Part shown: positions 40,490 to 51,305 of the stretch, in pieces | Numbering within the stretch: the stretch's first letter is position 1 | Layout of the letters: each line of letters opens with the position of its first letter | DNA from: an uncultured delta proteobacterium | GTDB lineage: Bacteria > Desulfobacterota > Binatia > HRBIN30 > BPIQ01 | Length of the DNA stretch: 64,000 nucleotides | Direction of reading: 5' to 3' | Assembly: GCA_963761335.1 (NCBI GenBank) | Contig: CAVXGR010000012.1 | Span: 32,001-96,000 of the forward strand | Translations under genes and position numbers: made by a program | The notes under the pieces: generated by a model | What the model saw: only the letters and a program-made list of their open reading frames with translations | What the model was told of the DNA's origin: nothing | Databases searched by the model: none

Positions 40490-42442
40490 ATGCTGTCGGT
40501 TGAAATGCATACCAGCTCGACACTTCGCCCGGCGTGCACGGCGCTTGCTTGCGCCATCGTCGCGATATTCACACTACAGAGCCATATGGCCATGGCGCAG
40601 GCAGATGCGAACTGCGATGGCGTGCGTAATAGCGCAGATATTACCGCCCTATTCCGTTCCATCGCGGGCGATGCTTCGGTGTGTGGGGTCATGGACGCAA
40701 ATTGCGATGGCCATATAGACGATTCCGACGCCGCGGCCCTAGTCAACGCTCTCTTCGGGTCTGAGTTGTGCCGCGCCACAATCCCGGCCTCGACCGAGAT
40801 GCTCGATGCCGATGCCATGGACCGCTTGGTGAAGATGGACGACGATGGCACGTTGCATTTCGACGACTCGGACGCACTGCTCGAGCGACTCCAAACGGGT
40901 GATGTCCTCATAAGTGCACCAACCGCGGCGACGCCAGATGGGATACTCAGACACGTCACTTCAGTATCAATGCGAAGTGGCGAAGTCTTAGTCGAAACCG
41001 CTCCGGCCACGTTGGAAGATGCAATCACGGAAGGCGCAGTGGCCACACGTGTACAACTGGGCAGATCTCCCTTGAGGCGACTGCTGAGCCCGGATGTCGT
41101 AGTACGGCCCCTTCTTTTGCCGCGACGCTCTGAGGGATTTTTCTTCGAGGTGAAGGATTTTGTCGTCTACGACCGCGACGGAAGCGGTAGCACTACTAAC
41201 GACCAGGCCCGCGTAACAGGGTCATTTGCCCTGGACCCAACTGTGGATTTTCTCCTCGCATTTAAGAGCGGACACCTTCGTCAGTTTCGGTTCGTTGCCC
41301 ACGAGACTGAGAGTCTTGACGTGGAAGGGGAAGTAACAATTCCCTTCTTGAGCTTCAACACGGAAAAGCTTGAGCGAGTCGAGCCGGTCGCAACCCTTGC
41401 TCCCATCGTGTTCTATATCGGAGTTGTTCCGGTCGTGGTTCAGCCTCAGATCAACCTAGTCGTGGGAGTGAAACCGATGTTGTTCACCGCAATTCGCGCC
41501 CGGTCTATGCAGCAGACAATCGCCGCTATCGGTGTGCAGTTTATAGATGGCACATGGGCGCCTGTTGCAGACTTCGACGGCACCTTCCAATTTAGTCCGC
41601 CGACGTTGACGGCTGCGTTCGATGCGGAGTTCTATTTTGGGGCGGAGCTAGAATGGAAGCTGTATGGGATTGCTGGACCACACGTCGCTGCTAAGGGATT
41701 TGTGGAACTGGATGCCGATGTGTCTCGTAGGCCCTTGTGGCAGCTCTTCGGAGGGTTGCGCGCTGACAGCGGAGCCAGGGTGGATATCTTGAGCACGCAG
41801 TTAGCCGACATAGACTTTCCCGGGGCAATCGGATACCGACGTTTGCTGGCGCAGTCAGATACGCTGCCGTCGACCGGTATTAGCGGTCAGTGGGAAGTCG
41901 TATTGACGCCCGATTTTGGTCAGCCAGCATCATGCGTGACTGGGAGGCTCGTGGTGGATGTGGTCGATGACGGGGGACAACTCAGCGGCGATCTCAGTCC
42001 GAGCACATGCACGGCTTTTTGCGATCGTCCGGGTGGCACATGCATAAACACTACTGCAATCGTGTTGACGGGCCAGAGGATGGATCCTGGGGTTGCATTC
42101 AAATTGGACATTGATATTGCGCTGAATGTTGTCTGCCCGGGTGGGTGTCATGGCGGGCTCATGGCCGCCGGTTCGGAGGAGTTCGAGGGAACGATCGGCG
42201 ACGGTGGCATCGAGGGTAGATATCATATCGGATTCGAGTCCTGTTCCACCAATTCTAATTGCGGCGACGTTACAAACTCATCCTGTCCCACACTGTTGAG
42301 CACGGACTGCACGGGGACGTTCTCTGTCGCGATTGATAGCGAACAAAGGAATATTTTGCCCCACGCTGGCGGCAGCGAAGCCTTTGGAATCTCGGGGGTG
42401 GACTTGGGTAGTGTTGGTGTTCTTGCAGGGCGGGATCATTGA
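40490..42442 (+). CDS. Secreted protein with N-terminal dockerin-like repeat and Cys-rich C-terminus
   Basis: Signal peptide; DANCDGVRNSADI and DANCDGHIDDSDA; beta-rich middle. Start uncertain (40400, 40490 or 40505). Confidence 0.8.
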   Translation: MLSVEMHTSSTLRPACTALACAIVAIFTLQSHMAMAQADANCDGVRNSADITALFRSIAGDASVCGVMDANCDGHIDDSDAAALVNALFGSELCRATIPASTEMLDADAMDRLVKMDDDGTLHFDDSDALLERLQTGDVLISAPTAATPDGILRHVTSVSMRSGEVLVETAPATLEDAITEGAVATRVQLGRSPLRRLLSPDVVVRPLLLPRRSEGFFFEVKDFVVYDRDGSGSTTNDQARVTGSFALDPTVDFLLAFKSGHLRQFRFVAHETESLDVEGEVTIPFLSFNTEKLERVEPVATLAPIVFYIGVVPVVVQPQINLVVGVKPMLFTAIRARSMQQTIAAIGVQFIDGTWAPVADFDGTFQFSPPTLTAAFDAEFYFGAELEWKLYGIAGPHVAAKGFVELDADVSRRPLWQLFGGLRADSGARVDILSTQLADIDFPGAIGYRRLLAQSDTLPSTGISGQWEVVLTPDFGQPASCVTGRLVVDVVDDGGQLSGDLSPSTCTAFCDRPGGTCINTTAIVLTGQRMDPGVAFKLDIDIALNVVCPGGCHGGLMAAGSEEFEGTIGDGGIEGRYHIGFESCSTNSNCGDVTNSSCPTLLSTDCTGTFSVAIDSEQRNILPHAGGSEAFGISGVDLGSVGVLAGRDH

Positions 42443-42921
42443 ATGGATTGTGCTCCGCGGGGGTGCCGACACGGAATCGCCGGCGTTTCCTGCGATTGCG
42501 GTACGGCAGCGGTGGGCCGACGTGATCACTTGATCGGGGCCGGTATCAGGAACATTGAGGCCGGCCCGGCGCAAGATGGGCGTCTCAATGTCAGCATCTT
42601 CCAGGCGCCGATGAGCCAGTTGCACGGTATCCGCGCCGCGGGAGAGGAGAGCGAGCCTCGCGGCGACGCATATGGCGGCGGTGAGCGAATGCCGCGCGGC
42701 TCGGCGGGAGCCTCGCCCTCCCGGCGGCCCGAGCGCAAAACGCTCTAAGACCTCATTCGCTTCTGGGCCAACAGTGTGATCAGGAAGGTGTCGGCCTGTA
42801 CCGACTGGCGCACAACCTGCCAGTCCGCCAATGCCTTTTCCGCTTGCTCCACGAGGTCCAGGGACGCGGGGCGGCGGCGAGTTGCGGCCGAGATCGCGGG
42901 CGCGGCAGAGCGGCAGCCGGC

Positions 42922-43787
42922 TCATGCCCGCCGCCGTTCGATCGCCGCCTTTCTGGGTGCCGGCCGCGGCTCGCCGGCGAGCTCGAGATAGAGCGATAGA
43001 GCTTCTCGTCGAGCTGGGGGAGGTCCCGCTCGACGGCGAGCGCCAGGAGCTCGGCGGCGGTGTTGACGAGCACGCGGCGGTTCCCGAGCGCATGCTCGCT
43101 GAGCGTCTGCATGAGCCCGGGAGTCATGAGCTTCGCATTGCCGGCCGGGCTGTGCGATCAGGTGTCGCAGACAGGCGAGAAGCTCCTCGGGTGTCGCGGG
43201 CTCGAGCCCGAGGCGAATGCGAATGCGCGAGCCGAGCGGCAGGAGCTCCTCCTGGCGCAGCTTGTCTGTCAGCCGGCTATCGCTGGCGAACACGACGGTG
43301 AGCAGCGAGCGGGAGTCGAAGCTTGCGCTCGAGAGGAGTCGCAGCTCGTTGAGGACGATCGGCGCCATCTCCTGCGCCTCGTCGACGAGCAGCACGGGGC
43401 GCACGAGGGTGGCCTCGAAGTGCTGCTGCCAGCGCTCGCGCAGCGTCTTGGAGCCGGCCCAGCGGTTGTGGGGGCGAAGCGGCACACCGAAGAGATCGCC
43501 GAGCTCGCGGTAGAAGTCGGCGAGATTCCCTTGGGGGCGCGCCAAGGCACCGACTTGGACCTCCGGCAGCCGCTCGAGCCGCTCGGAGAGAAGCCGGAGA
43601 CCACGCTCTTGCCCGCCCGGGGATCTCCGGTCACCAGGGCAAAGCAGCCTTCTCTGATCTGCGCCTTCTAGATGCGGCGGAGGAAGTACTCGATTGCCGG
43701 CGTCGGTAAGAGCGCCTCGGTCGGTACGGCCGGAGAGAAGGGATTCCACTTGAGCCCGAAGGGGGCGAGCAGAGGATCGTTCATCAT
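42922..43787 (-). pseudogene. ExeA-family AAA ATPase of a DDE-integrase transposon, degraded
   Basis: FGLKWNPF, VTGDPRAGKS, LLVDEAQEM, LGSRIRIR spread over several frames with a stop. Confidence 0.85.
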
Positions 43788-44174
43788 TGGTCTTCTCCTT
43801 CTCCTTTGTTGGTCTTGGAGTCCTTTGGCAGGTAGGCAGGCGGGAGCCCGGTGGCGGCGTACTGGGCGAGAAGCTCTGCCAGAAGCGGCGCCATCCCCGA
43901 GGCCGGTGGACCGGCTGTGCTCGTCGACTGCGCCGCCACAGGAGTGATGCGGCGGCGCCGCCCGCCGGCGTTGCTGCGCTTGTCGAGCGGGTAGAGCGGT
44001 ACCAGGATCTCCCCGGAGACCTGGTCGACGAGATCGACGTGAGAGAGGTCCCAGGTGGCGTACTGCAGGTGGAGAGTAAATGCTCGCCGCGCCCCGTATG
44101 GCGCGACGATGCGATAGCAGGCTAACTCAGCATCCGTGGTGGTGCGGCGGCGGGAGCGGAGGCGTGGCCGCGGA

Positions 44175-45692
44175 CTATGTCGTGTCCGCCGTGCAGATAT
44201 CGACCGGGAGGGTGACAGTGCCCGGGTTGGTGATCGCCCGGGCAGTTGCCTCGCGCAGGTAGTACGCCGGCTCGATGCCGCTGAGCTTCGCCGACTCGAT
44301 CAGGCTGTAGAAGAGCGCCGCCACCTCGGTTCCCCGGATCGACCGGGAGCCGTAGTGATTTTTTCTTCCGACGGCCACACCCCGGAGGACTCTCTCAGTC
44401 CCATTGTTGTCAAGGGGAATTTGCGAGTTTCCGAGAAATCGCGTGAACCCGGGCCAGAGGCTCTGCGCGTAGCCGATCGCCTTGCCGAGACTCGATTGCG
44501 GCAGCGCCGTCTTCGCCTGCTCGACCAGCCAGAGTCGTATCGCCTCCATCAGCTTCGCCGAGTCCGTGCGGCGCAGCTCCAGGAGCTTGGCCGGATCGCC
44601 CGACTCTCGGCCGCGCTCCTCGATCCGGTAGAGCCCGCGGATCAAGTCGATCGCCTGAGTCGCCTGCGGATAGTGCGGCTCCGCCTCAACGAATTTCCTC
44701 CGGCAGTGGGCCCAGCAGCAGGCGAGATCGAAGTCCGGTACGCCGTCCCCGTCCCGCGTCTGCTTCTGCAGCGCGCGGTAGGCACTGTACCCGTCGGCGA
44801 CCACGATGCCGTGGAACCCGCCGAGCACGGTGCCCGCCGCCTGTGCCGAACGCGAGGAGAGAATCTGGTAGAAGACAGCGTCGGGCCGGGTCACCGCCCA
44901 CACCCACCACTTCCCCGAGCTCTTGCCGTCCATGAGCTGCCAGGTGGTCTCGTCGGCGCCGACCACCGGCGCCCCGAGCACATAGTGCCGCAAGGCCTTG
45001 TAGGTGGGCTCCAGATGGCGCGAGAGGGCGAAGATCTGGTCCCACAGCGCCTGGGTGCCGACGGTGAGCCCCGCTCGCGCCATCTGCCGCACCTGGCGCG
45101 CCAAGGGCAGGTGATCGGTGTACTTGGAGACGGCCACCTCCACGGCGAACCCCACCGAGTAGCGGCCGCCCTCGATGAGCTTCTGCGGGCCCAACGCCGT
45201 CTCAATGCAGCCACAGGCGCAGCGGTACTTCTGCCGGCGGTGTCGGACAATGCGGAAGGAGCGCTCGACGACGTCGACCTCCTCCGCCTCCTCGAACTGC
45301 CCGTCCCACTCGGCAAGCGCGCCGCCACACTTGGGGCAGGCGCGGTCGGGCTCGTCGAGGTGATGGATCTCCTCCATGATCGGCAGCGAGGGCTGCGCCG
45401 TGGGGCCGTGGCCGCGCGTGGGTGCGGTGGTCGCCTCTGCGTTCGCCTTCTCCGCCGGCGGCGACGGCCGCTTCTCGGAGGAGCGGCCGAAGAGCGCCTG
45501 GTTGCGAGCGTCGAGCGTTTGCTGCAGAGCGCTGATCTCCAGCTGCAGCTGGGTGGCGACCTCGCCGCGGGCCTCGGCGAGCTTTCGGGTGAGCTCCAGG
45601 AGCCGGGCGTGGAGCCGCATGTTCTCGCGGTCGAGAAGGCGCGCCATCTCGCGTAGCCGCTCGATGTTGGTCTCCCGCTCGATGTCCACCAT
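44175..45692 (-). CDS. tnpC: IS66 transposase TnpC
   Basis: FGRSSEK, CPKCG, ADET, DGYSAY, CWAHCRRKF, DNNGTER. Confidence 0.96.
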   Translation of the reverse strand: MVDIERETNIERLREMARLLDRENMRLHARLLELTRKLAEARGEVATQLQLEISALQQTLDARNQALFGRSSEKRPSPPAEKANAEATTAPTRGHGPTAQPSLPIMEEIHHLDEPDRACPKCGGALAEWDGQFEEAEEVDVVERSFRIVRHRRQKYRCACGCIETALGPQKLIEGGRYSVGFAVEVAVSKYTDHLPLARQVRQMARAGLTVGTQALWDQIFALSRHLEPTYKALRHYVLGAPVVGADETTWQLMDGKSSGKWWVWAVTRPDAVFYQILSSRSAQAAGTVLGGFHGIVVADGYSAYRALQKQTRDGDGVPDFDLACCWAHCRRKFVEAEPHYPQATQAIDLIRGLYRIEERGRESGDPAKLLELRRTDSAKLMEAIRLWLVEQAKTALPQSSLGKAIGYAQSLWPGFTRFLGNSQIPLDNNGTERVLRGVAVGRKNHYGSRSIRGTEVAALFYSLIESAKLSGIEPAYYLREATARAITNPGTVTLPVDICTADTT

Positions 45693-45740
45693 GGAGCGTA
45701 TATACACCATCCACTTAGATAATGCAATAGTTACTTATGT

Positions 45741-46127
45741 CTAACTACGCCGATCACCTGTCTGCCGCCGGCCGGGCAGCTCGAAGGGCGGGGGCGAGAG
45801 CGGCACGCGGGTGACCATCCGGCACCCCTCGAGGAAGAGCGTCAGCTCCGTCACCGTGAGCACCACCGGCGCCGATACCGCCTCGACCCACAGCGAGGGG
45901 AAGCGTCCCTGCTCCAGTCGCTTGTGGTAGATGACGAGCCCGGTGCCGTCCCAGACGAGAACCTTGGCGCTGCGGCGACTCCGCGACACGAAGAGAAAGC
46001 AGTCCCCGGAGAGCACGTCGCGGCCGAGCTCGCCTGCCACAAGTCCGCTCAGGCCGTCGAAGCCCTTGCGCAGGTCGGCGGGCGCTGCATACGCCCACAC
46101 TCGCAGGTTGCGCGTGCTGCCGATCAC
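45741..46127 (-). CDS. tnpB: IS66 accessory protein TnpB
   Basis: DLRKGFDGL..KVLVWDGTG..KRLEQGRF. Confidence 0.96.
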   Translation of the reverse strand: MIGSTRNLRVWAYAAPADLRKGFDGLSGLVAGELGRDVLSGDCFLFVSRSRRSAKVLVWDGTGLVIYHKRLEQGRFPSLWVEAVSAPVVLTVTELTLFLEGCRMVTRVPLSPPPFELPGRRQTGDRRS

Positions 46128-46531
46128 TGGAGCCCGCGCAGCACCGCCACTGCGTCCTCCGCGGCGAGCCCCTCCAGTCGCACGCCGGTCGGCATGACGA
46201 GCACGAGGCCGCCGCTACCAGCTCTCCCCTCCGGCTCGATCCGGACCGGCACCAGCTTCCGTGCAGCCGGCCCGGTCTCATCGGCGAGCCGCACCCAGCG
46301 CTGCACGGTGTACGGAGCCAGGCCCACCGAGTGCGCCAGCTCCCGCCAGCTGCGGCCCCTCTTCCGGCCTCGCCGTGCGTACTCGATCACGCGGCTGCGG
46401 ATCGGCCGTGGAACAGCCTCTGTCCGCCGGCGTCGCGCCAAGCGGGCCACGGCTTGTCGCAGCTCCCTTCCGTCCTCTACGTCCTTCGCCATCAGCGTCA
46501 CCTCCTCGGCCGCTGATGTGCCACGGGTCAC
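46124..46531 (-). CDS. tnpA: IS66 TnpA-like HTH protein
   Basis: HTH (SWRELAHSVGLAPYTVQRW), LVPVRI, first gene after the IR; start may be further downstream. Confidence 0.8.
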   Translation of the reverse strand: MTRGTSAAEEVTLMAKDVEDGRELRQAVARLARRRRTEAVPRPIRSRVIEYARRGRKRGRSWRELAHSVGLAPYTVQRWVRLADETGPAARKLVPVRIEPEGRAGSGGLVLVMPTGVRLEGLAAEDAVAVLRGLQ

Positions 46532-47770
46532 CCCGGTCGACTAGCCGGGGCAGGGCGAGCACTTACGGTGGAGACGCTAGAGGTGGCGGAAGCGCGCCGG
46601 CACTTCAAAGCGGCGGCCGAGGAGCGAGAGCGTGCCGTCGCTGCGGCGCTGGGTGCGCACGGCCTCGGCGCGAAAGGCGCATCGCAGCTCCGCGGGCGAG
46701 GGGCCCGGGCGGCCGAGGCTCGGAGCGGCGAGATAGCGCTCGAGGGGTGTCGAGCCGAGCTCGCGGTGGAGGCGGCGGTGGTACTCGAGCTCCACCCAGG
46801 CCTGCGTCGCCTCGTTGAGACGCTCGAGGCTCAAGTCGTCGACGCCTTCGATCATGGCCATGAGCCGTCCCTCCACCTGTGCCCAGAAGACCTCCTGCTT
46901 GGCGTTCTGGTAGGCGGCGTAGGCGAGCGTGCGGTGGTGCACGATCGAGAGCCCGGCGAGCCCGGCGCGGGTCTCGGCGGCGAGCATCGCCGGGCCGTTG
47001 TCGGTCAGGAGCGCGCGCGGGAGACCGCGCTTCAAGATCGCCTGGGTGAGCGCGTGGACGAAGCACTCGGCGGTCTCCTCGAGGTACCACTGGAGATGGC
47101 AGACCAGGCGCGAGTGGTCGTCGAGGAAGCACACCAGCAGAGGCGTGGCCCAGGCGCCGCCCGCCGTCAGCACCTTGCGCGAGCCGTGGTGGAAGTCGGT
47201 GTGCCAGAGCGCGTGGGTGTGTGCCACCTCGTAGCTGCGTACCTCGAAGTCTCCGGTGCTGTGGCGGACCTCCTCCCGCCTGCCGCTGCGGCGGGATGGC
47301 CGCCTGCGAATGAGACCCTCGGCGCGCAGGAAGCGGGCGACGGAGTGAGACGAAGGCAGGGGAGCTCGCGGAGCTCGGGGGACTCGGCCAGGCGGGCTGG
47401 GAGATTGTCGTAGTGAAGCCGGACCGTCCAGGTGGGATGGTCCTCGTACTGCTCGCGGAGCACCGTGCGGAGTGCGAGGGGCAAGCTCGGGCGCGAGCCG
47501 CGGGCGCGGGCGAGAGCCCCGACCGGATCGCGGCTGGTGCGCGCGGCATACAGCCAGCGCTCGATGGTCGAGCGCCCGAAGGGCACCGGCTCGCCGGTCC
47601 TCGGGTGGCGCCACGACTTGTCGGCCAAGCGCGCGATCTCCCCCTGCAGCTCGCCGCGGGCGGGCGGTGCCGCGAGGAGCGGCCCCACCACCGCAAAGCG
47701 CAGCCGCGCCTAGCTTCCGCGCAAGCGACCCACAGCGAGGAAGTGCGAGCTGATTGGTCAAAACGGAGCG

Positions 47771-48706
47771 CTATCTGTTGAACAATGGGAGCTGATCCGG
47801 CGGCACCGGCTTCGATTCTGTTCCCCCAGCAGAAAACAAATACTCGCCATTGGGGTCGTGCGCCTCGTGGCGCTTCAGGGCAAGGTCACGGTTGATGACC
47901 GCGTAGCAGTAAACACACCCGTGTGGGCAGGTGTCGTAATCGCCAATGTCCTTCGACGCAAAGCAGCCACATCCTTGCCGCATGCCGCCAAGCCGCGCAC
48001 GGAATCGATAACCGCCTATGTCCATCAGGCGGTCCGCATCAATGCACCGCGCTTCCTTAACCCCACCGATAAGCAAGTCCGGTTGTGTGCAAATGGCAAG
48101 GGTCATCTTATTCTGAGCAGCGATGCCCACGAGGTCCGCGAGGAGCTGGCGTTTCGTCTCCGCGGACGGCTCGTACCACTCGAATCCATTCTCCCGAGCT
48201 GCCAGGTCCAAGTTCCGCTTGGTCTTCTTGTAAAGCTGGAGAAACGACACAACGACCTCGTCGGTCGCGCCCGACAGGCGCCTTGCCAGGCGCTCGAAAT
48301 TTCTGCGGTGGAAGTCAGCATCTGTGAGCGTTGAGAGGATGATGGTGTCGTATCGCCACACAAGGGCCCGAGGACCATATCGTTTGGCCAGAGCGCACAC
48401 ATTGTCCACCGCTCGATCGGCGTCCACCACGCGGGATTCCAAGGCACGTGGATACGCGTTGATCGTGTGCTGGACAACGAATGGAAACCCGTCAGCGTGG
48501 ACGTCATCCAAGACCGCGATGAAGGGTCCGACGTTCTTCGTCCAAAAGACGAAGCCGTTGACGTCCTGGCGCTTCAGGGAGATCGTGTATGATTGATGCC
48601 GGCTGTAGGGATTCACCATCTTGCAGTACCCGGCCCGGAGTCGGTTGCGGAACCATTCACCATAGAAGGTGGGAATGTCCGTCTTATAGCTTGCTGAGAT
48701 GATCAT
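47771..48706 (-). CDS. DUF1848 family protein
   Basis: MIISASYKTDIP.FY.EWF, FWTKN, WRYD, C-terminal CGC..SKDIGDYDTCPHGCVYCYA. Confidence 0.92.
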   Translation of the reverse strand: MIISASYKTDIPTFYGEWFRNRLRAGYCKMVNPYSRHQSYTISLKRQDVNGFVFWTKNVGPFIAVLDDVHADGFPFVVQHTINAYPRALESRVVDADRAVDNVCALAKRYGPRALVWRYDTIILSTLTDADFHRRNFERLARRLSGATDEVVVSFLQLYKKTKRNLDLAARENGFEWYEPSAETKRQLLADLVGIAAQNKMTLAICTQPDLLIGGVKEARCIDADRLMDIGGYRFRARLGGMRQGCGCFASKDIGDYDTCPHGCVYCYAVINRDLALKRHEAHDPNGEYLFSAGGTESKPVPPDQLPLFNR

Positions 48707-48712
48707 CCCGCC

Positions 48713-49540
48713 TTACGGCTTCACGACAACTCGGTATGCGACAGCACCTTCCAGACGCGGCAGGCTGCCGAATTTTGTGAGGTACGGGCCCAAAGCAGTC
48801 TTTTCTTCATCAAAGGGCATCTTCATTGTCCCATTGAAGCGTCGCAACTCCTTGAGGCCGTTCTCGGCCACCAGGCGATCGAACCAGCCAGTAAAGAGAC
48901 TGTGGTCATTGTCCACGAAGATGAAGTAAGCGCCCGACTTCGCCTTCTTCAAGACGTTGTCAAAGTACGCTTCGGCCTCCGACCGCCGCGCGTACACCTC
49001 TGAGACGAAGTAGACCACGGTGAAGAGATCAGCCGCCAGGTACTTGAACTGTTGTTGCCATTTCGTCCCGCAGACGTCCTGCGGGAGGTACGTCACCTGC
49101 AGCTTGGGGTAGCCCAGGCGTTTCCCGACATCACTCCAGGATTCGCTCCAAAGATCCTCTCGATCGCAGATGTGGCATTGGATGGCGGGGTCTTTCTGCA
49201 CGGAAGTGAGATATTTCAGGATGCCGACGAGGTCGCTGCCTGGTCCTCCGCCTAGGCAAGCGACTGCGACTTCATTGCGGTCAAATAAGCTCTCGAGTCC
49301 CGGAACGTTCCGGATGATCGAGTAGACCAAGTTGGCGTACGATGTCACATACGTATACACGTACGCAAAACGCCGCACGGGATCCGCATAGTCTGGACCA
49401 CCCGTTTGCCAGACCTGCGCGTACCCCTTCCTCAGATCCGCCATGGCCTGTTGGATCTTCGCGTCCTTTTCTGGCTCGGATCCGCTGGTCGCATGGTATG
49501 CCTCATCCAAGACGTCTTTCACGAGTTCGAAGCAATTCAC
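48713..49540 (-). CDS. Class I SAM-dependent methyltransferase-like protein
   Basis: VACLGGGPGSD motif I, YFVSE, FIFVDN; GTG 49540 with GAGGGAG RBS (track start 49621). Confidence 0.75.
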   Translation of the reverse strand: MNCFELVKDVLDEAYHATSGSEPEKDAKIQQAMADLRKGYAQVWQTGGPDYADPVRRFAYVYTYVTSYANLVYSIIRNVPGLESLFDRNEVAVACLGGGPGSDLVGILKYLTSVQKDPAIQCHICDREDLWSESWSDVGKRLGYPKLQVTYLPQDVCGTKWQQQFKYLAADLFTVVYFVSEVYARRSEAEAYFDNVLKKAKSGAYFIFVDNDHSLFTGWFDRLVAENGLKELRRFNGTMKMPFDEEKTALGPYLTKFGSLPRLEGAVAYRVVVKP

Positions 49541-49595
49541 TTCGTCTCTCCCTCGGCCAGTTGGTTTTGATGTCGCGCCCTGTCCGCCGGAGAAA

Positions 49596-50171
49596 CTACC
49601 CTTCCATATCGGAAACCGCAAGCGCGTCGGTCATCACATCGGCAGTTGGCACAGTGCTGGCCGTACCCGGGCGGGCACTCACTAACTTACCGCGAAATGT
49701 GCGAAGGACTTGCTCGTTGATGTGGCGCGGGTTCGGTTCGTGGATGGTCGTGCCGATGCGAAAAGCACGCTGCCGACCCAAAGCTCCCGTTCGGACCAGG
49801 TCGACCATGAGACCAAGTCCGCGGCGCCAAGCGACGTTGCGCTGCTTGCATGCCTTCCCGACGGCACCGTCGTTCGACAAGCACGTCCAGCCGTACTCCT
49901 CGCAGGCGATGACACAGAGCCGATCGCTGAACGAGAGCGCCGGTGTGACGTTACTCGCTCGGAGCAGCAAAGCTGTAGGAGGGCGGACGACGGCGATGGC
50001 GAGCTCGCGACAGCGGCGAATGTTCAGCTCTTTGACCTCCTGCAGGACTTCCCGAAGGACCCGGAGCGGTCCAATATGCCGGGAGACGAGCTGGAGGATC
50101 GAGGGGTCAGAATGCGCGTAGTCGATGAGGACATCGGCGTCCGCGAGCAGGATCTCGGGTTCGGACGCCAT
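49596..50171 (-). CDS. PIN-domain protein
   Basis: ILLADADVLIDY, EVLQEV, LSFSD, LSNDG. Confidence 0.82.
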   Translation of the reverse strand: MASEPEILLADADVLIDYAHSDPSILQLVSRHIGPLRVLREVLQEVKELNIRRCRELAIAVVRPPTALLLRASNVTPALSFSDRLCVIACEEYGWTCLSNDGAVGKACKQRNVAWRRGLGLMVDLVRTGALGRQRAFRIGTTIHEPNPRHINEQVLRTFRGKLVSARPGTASTVPTADVMTDALAVSDMEG

Positions 50172-51305
50172 TCATGCGACCCAGTCCCGGGCACGGCGCC
50201 GCATCTCTTCGCGTGAAAGGCCGAGGATCTCGGCCGCTCGGCCGAGTGAGATCACCCCTTGATCCACGGCCTCCCGGACGAGTCGGGCCAGACGATCCTC
50301 GCGAAAGTCGTTTTCGGAAAGGGCGTCGGGTTCGCCGGCGCGATACCAGCTCCAGGCGAACTCGCACTTCTCGACTCGGGATCCGGGTTCGTCGGCCTTC
50401 TTCAAGGTCTTGCCGTAGTAGTGCTTGTGCTGAACCTGAAACGCCTGCCAGGCATCCTTGGTGAGTCGGCCGGTTTCGATCAAACGGTAAAGAACGGTCT
50501 TGTAACTGACGCGAAACATGCGCTTCACCTTGAGCACGCGATAGACGAGTGGCTGGCCGCTCGTCTCTTCCCACTCTGATGCGAAGACCTTCTCGGGCAT
50601 CAAGAAATGGCTGGCGAAGGCGTCGGCTTCTCGCTCGGTGTGCTCGGGTTCCGTGGTTTCCTCGCGCTTGTATTCCTGGCGATGCAAAAGCAGGTGGCCG
50701 AGCTCGTGCGCGGCGGTGAAGATCCAGCGTTCCACCGAGATCCGGTTCCAGAGATTGACAACGATTGCAGGCCCGCCGTCCCGCTCGGCGATGCTGAGGC
50801 CGAAGAAGGCATCCGTGCTCTTTGGCAACAGCAGGACTTTAATGCCGCTTTCTTCGAGAAGGCCGCAGATATCACGCACAGGCTCGCTGTCCTCGATCCC
50901 GAAGGCCTCGCGTGTTGCCAGGGCGAGACTGCCCGGCTCAGCAGGTCGAGTTCCCTTTGGGAGCGCGGCTTTTTGCGTCTGCTTCAGTTCGGCTTCGAGC
51001 CAGCAATACGCTTCGAGCCAGCGCGACACCTCGGCGAGGATCTGTTCGCGGCCGTGCAGGCGAGAGCGTGCGCGGAAACGAACCGTCTCGAGAGGGCGGA
51101 CAGCGGTGACCAGCTCTGCAACGGACGCGTTCAGCGCCGAGGCCAGATCGTCCAGAGTCCTGCTGCGCGGCATGACCTCGCCACGCTCAATCTTGCCCAG
51201 CGCCAACCTCGATAGGCCGGCCTTTGCTGCGAGCACTTCCTGGCTCAGATCCCGATCGGCCCGTAGCCGCGCGACATTCTGTCCGATGATGTTTGATTCA
51301 GGCAT
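50172..51305 (-). CDS. XRE HTH + ImmA/IrrE metallopeptidase fusion
   Basis: LSQEVLAAKAGLSRLALGKIERG; FTAAHELGH; EREADAFASHFLMP. Confidence 0.93.
   Translation of the reverse strand: MPESNIIGQNVARLRADRDLSQEVLAAKAGLSRLALGKIERGEVMPRSRTLDDLASALNASVAELVTAVRPLETVRFRARSRLHGREQILAEVSRWLEAYCWLEAELKQTQKAALPKGTRPAEPGSLALATREAFGIEDSEPVRDICGLLEESGIKVLLLPKSTDAFFGLSIAERDGGPAIVVNLWNRISVERWIFTAAHELGHLLLHRQEYKREETTEPEHTEREADAFASHFLMPEKVFASEWEETSGQPLVYRVLKVKRMFRVSYKTVLYRLIETGRLTKDAWQAFQVQHKHYYGKTLKKADEPGSRVEKCEFAWSWYRAGEPDALSENDFREDRLARLVREAVDQGVISLGRAAEILGLSREEMRRRARDWVA

Larger units (their letters stand above)
44076..46566 (-). mobile_element. Complete IS66-family element
   Basis: Terminal IRs GTAAATGCTCGCCGCGCCCCG and GTAAGTGCTCGCCCTGCCCCG; 8-bp TSD GGTGGAGA at 44068-44075 and 46567-46574; tnpABC present. 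Confidence 0.97.
43784..47710 (-). pseudogene. rve/DDE integrase (Mu-like) pseudogene, interrupted by IS66
   Basis: LWHTDFH, FLDDHSR, TDNGPAM in 46577-47710; continues LHLQYATWDLSHVDL..LYPLDK after IS66 (43784-44075); nonsense and frameshift lesions. Confidence 0.85.

Noticed and set aside
42443..42900. ORFs between the dockerin-like gene and the ExeA pseudogene
   Set aside because: No recognisable motifs in any frame; probably a transposon end or debris.
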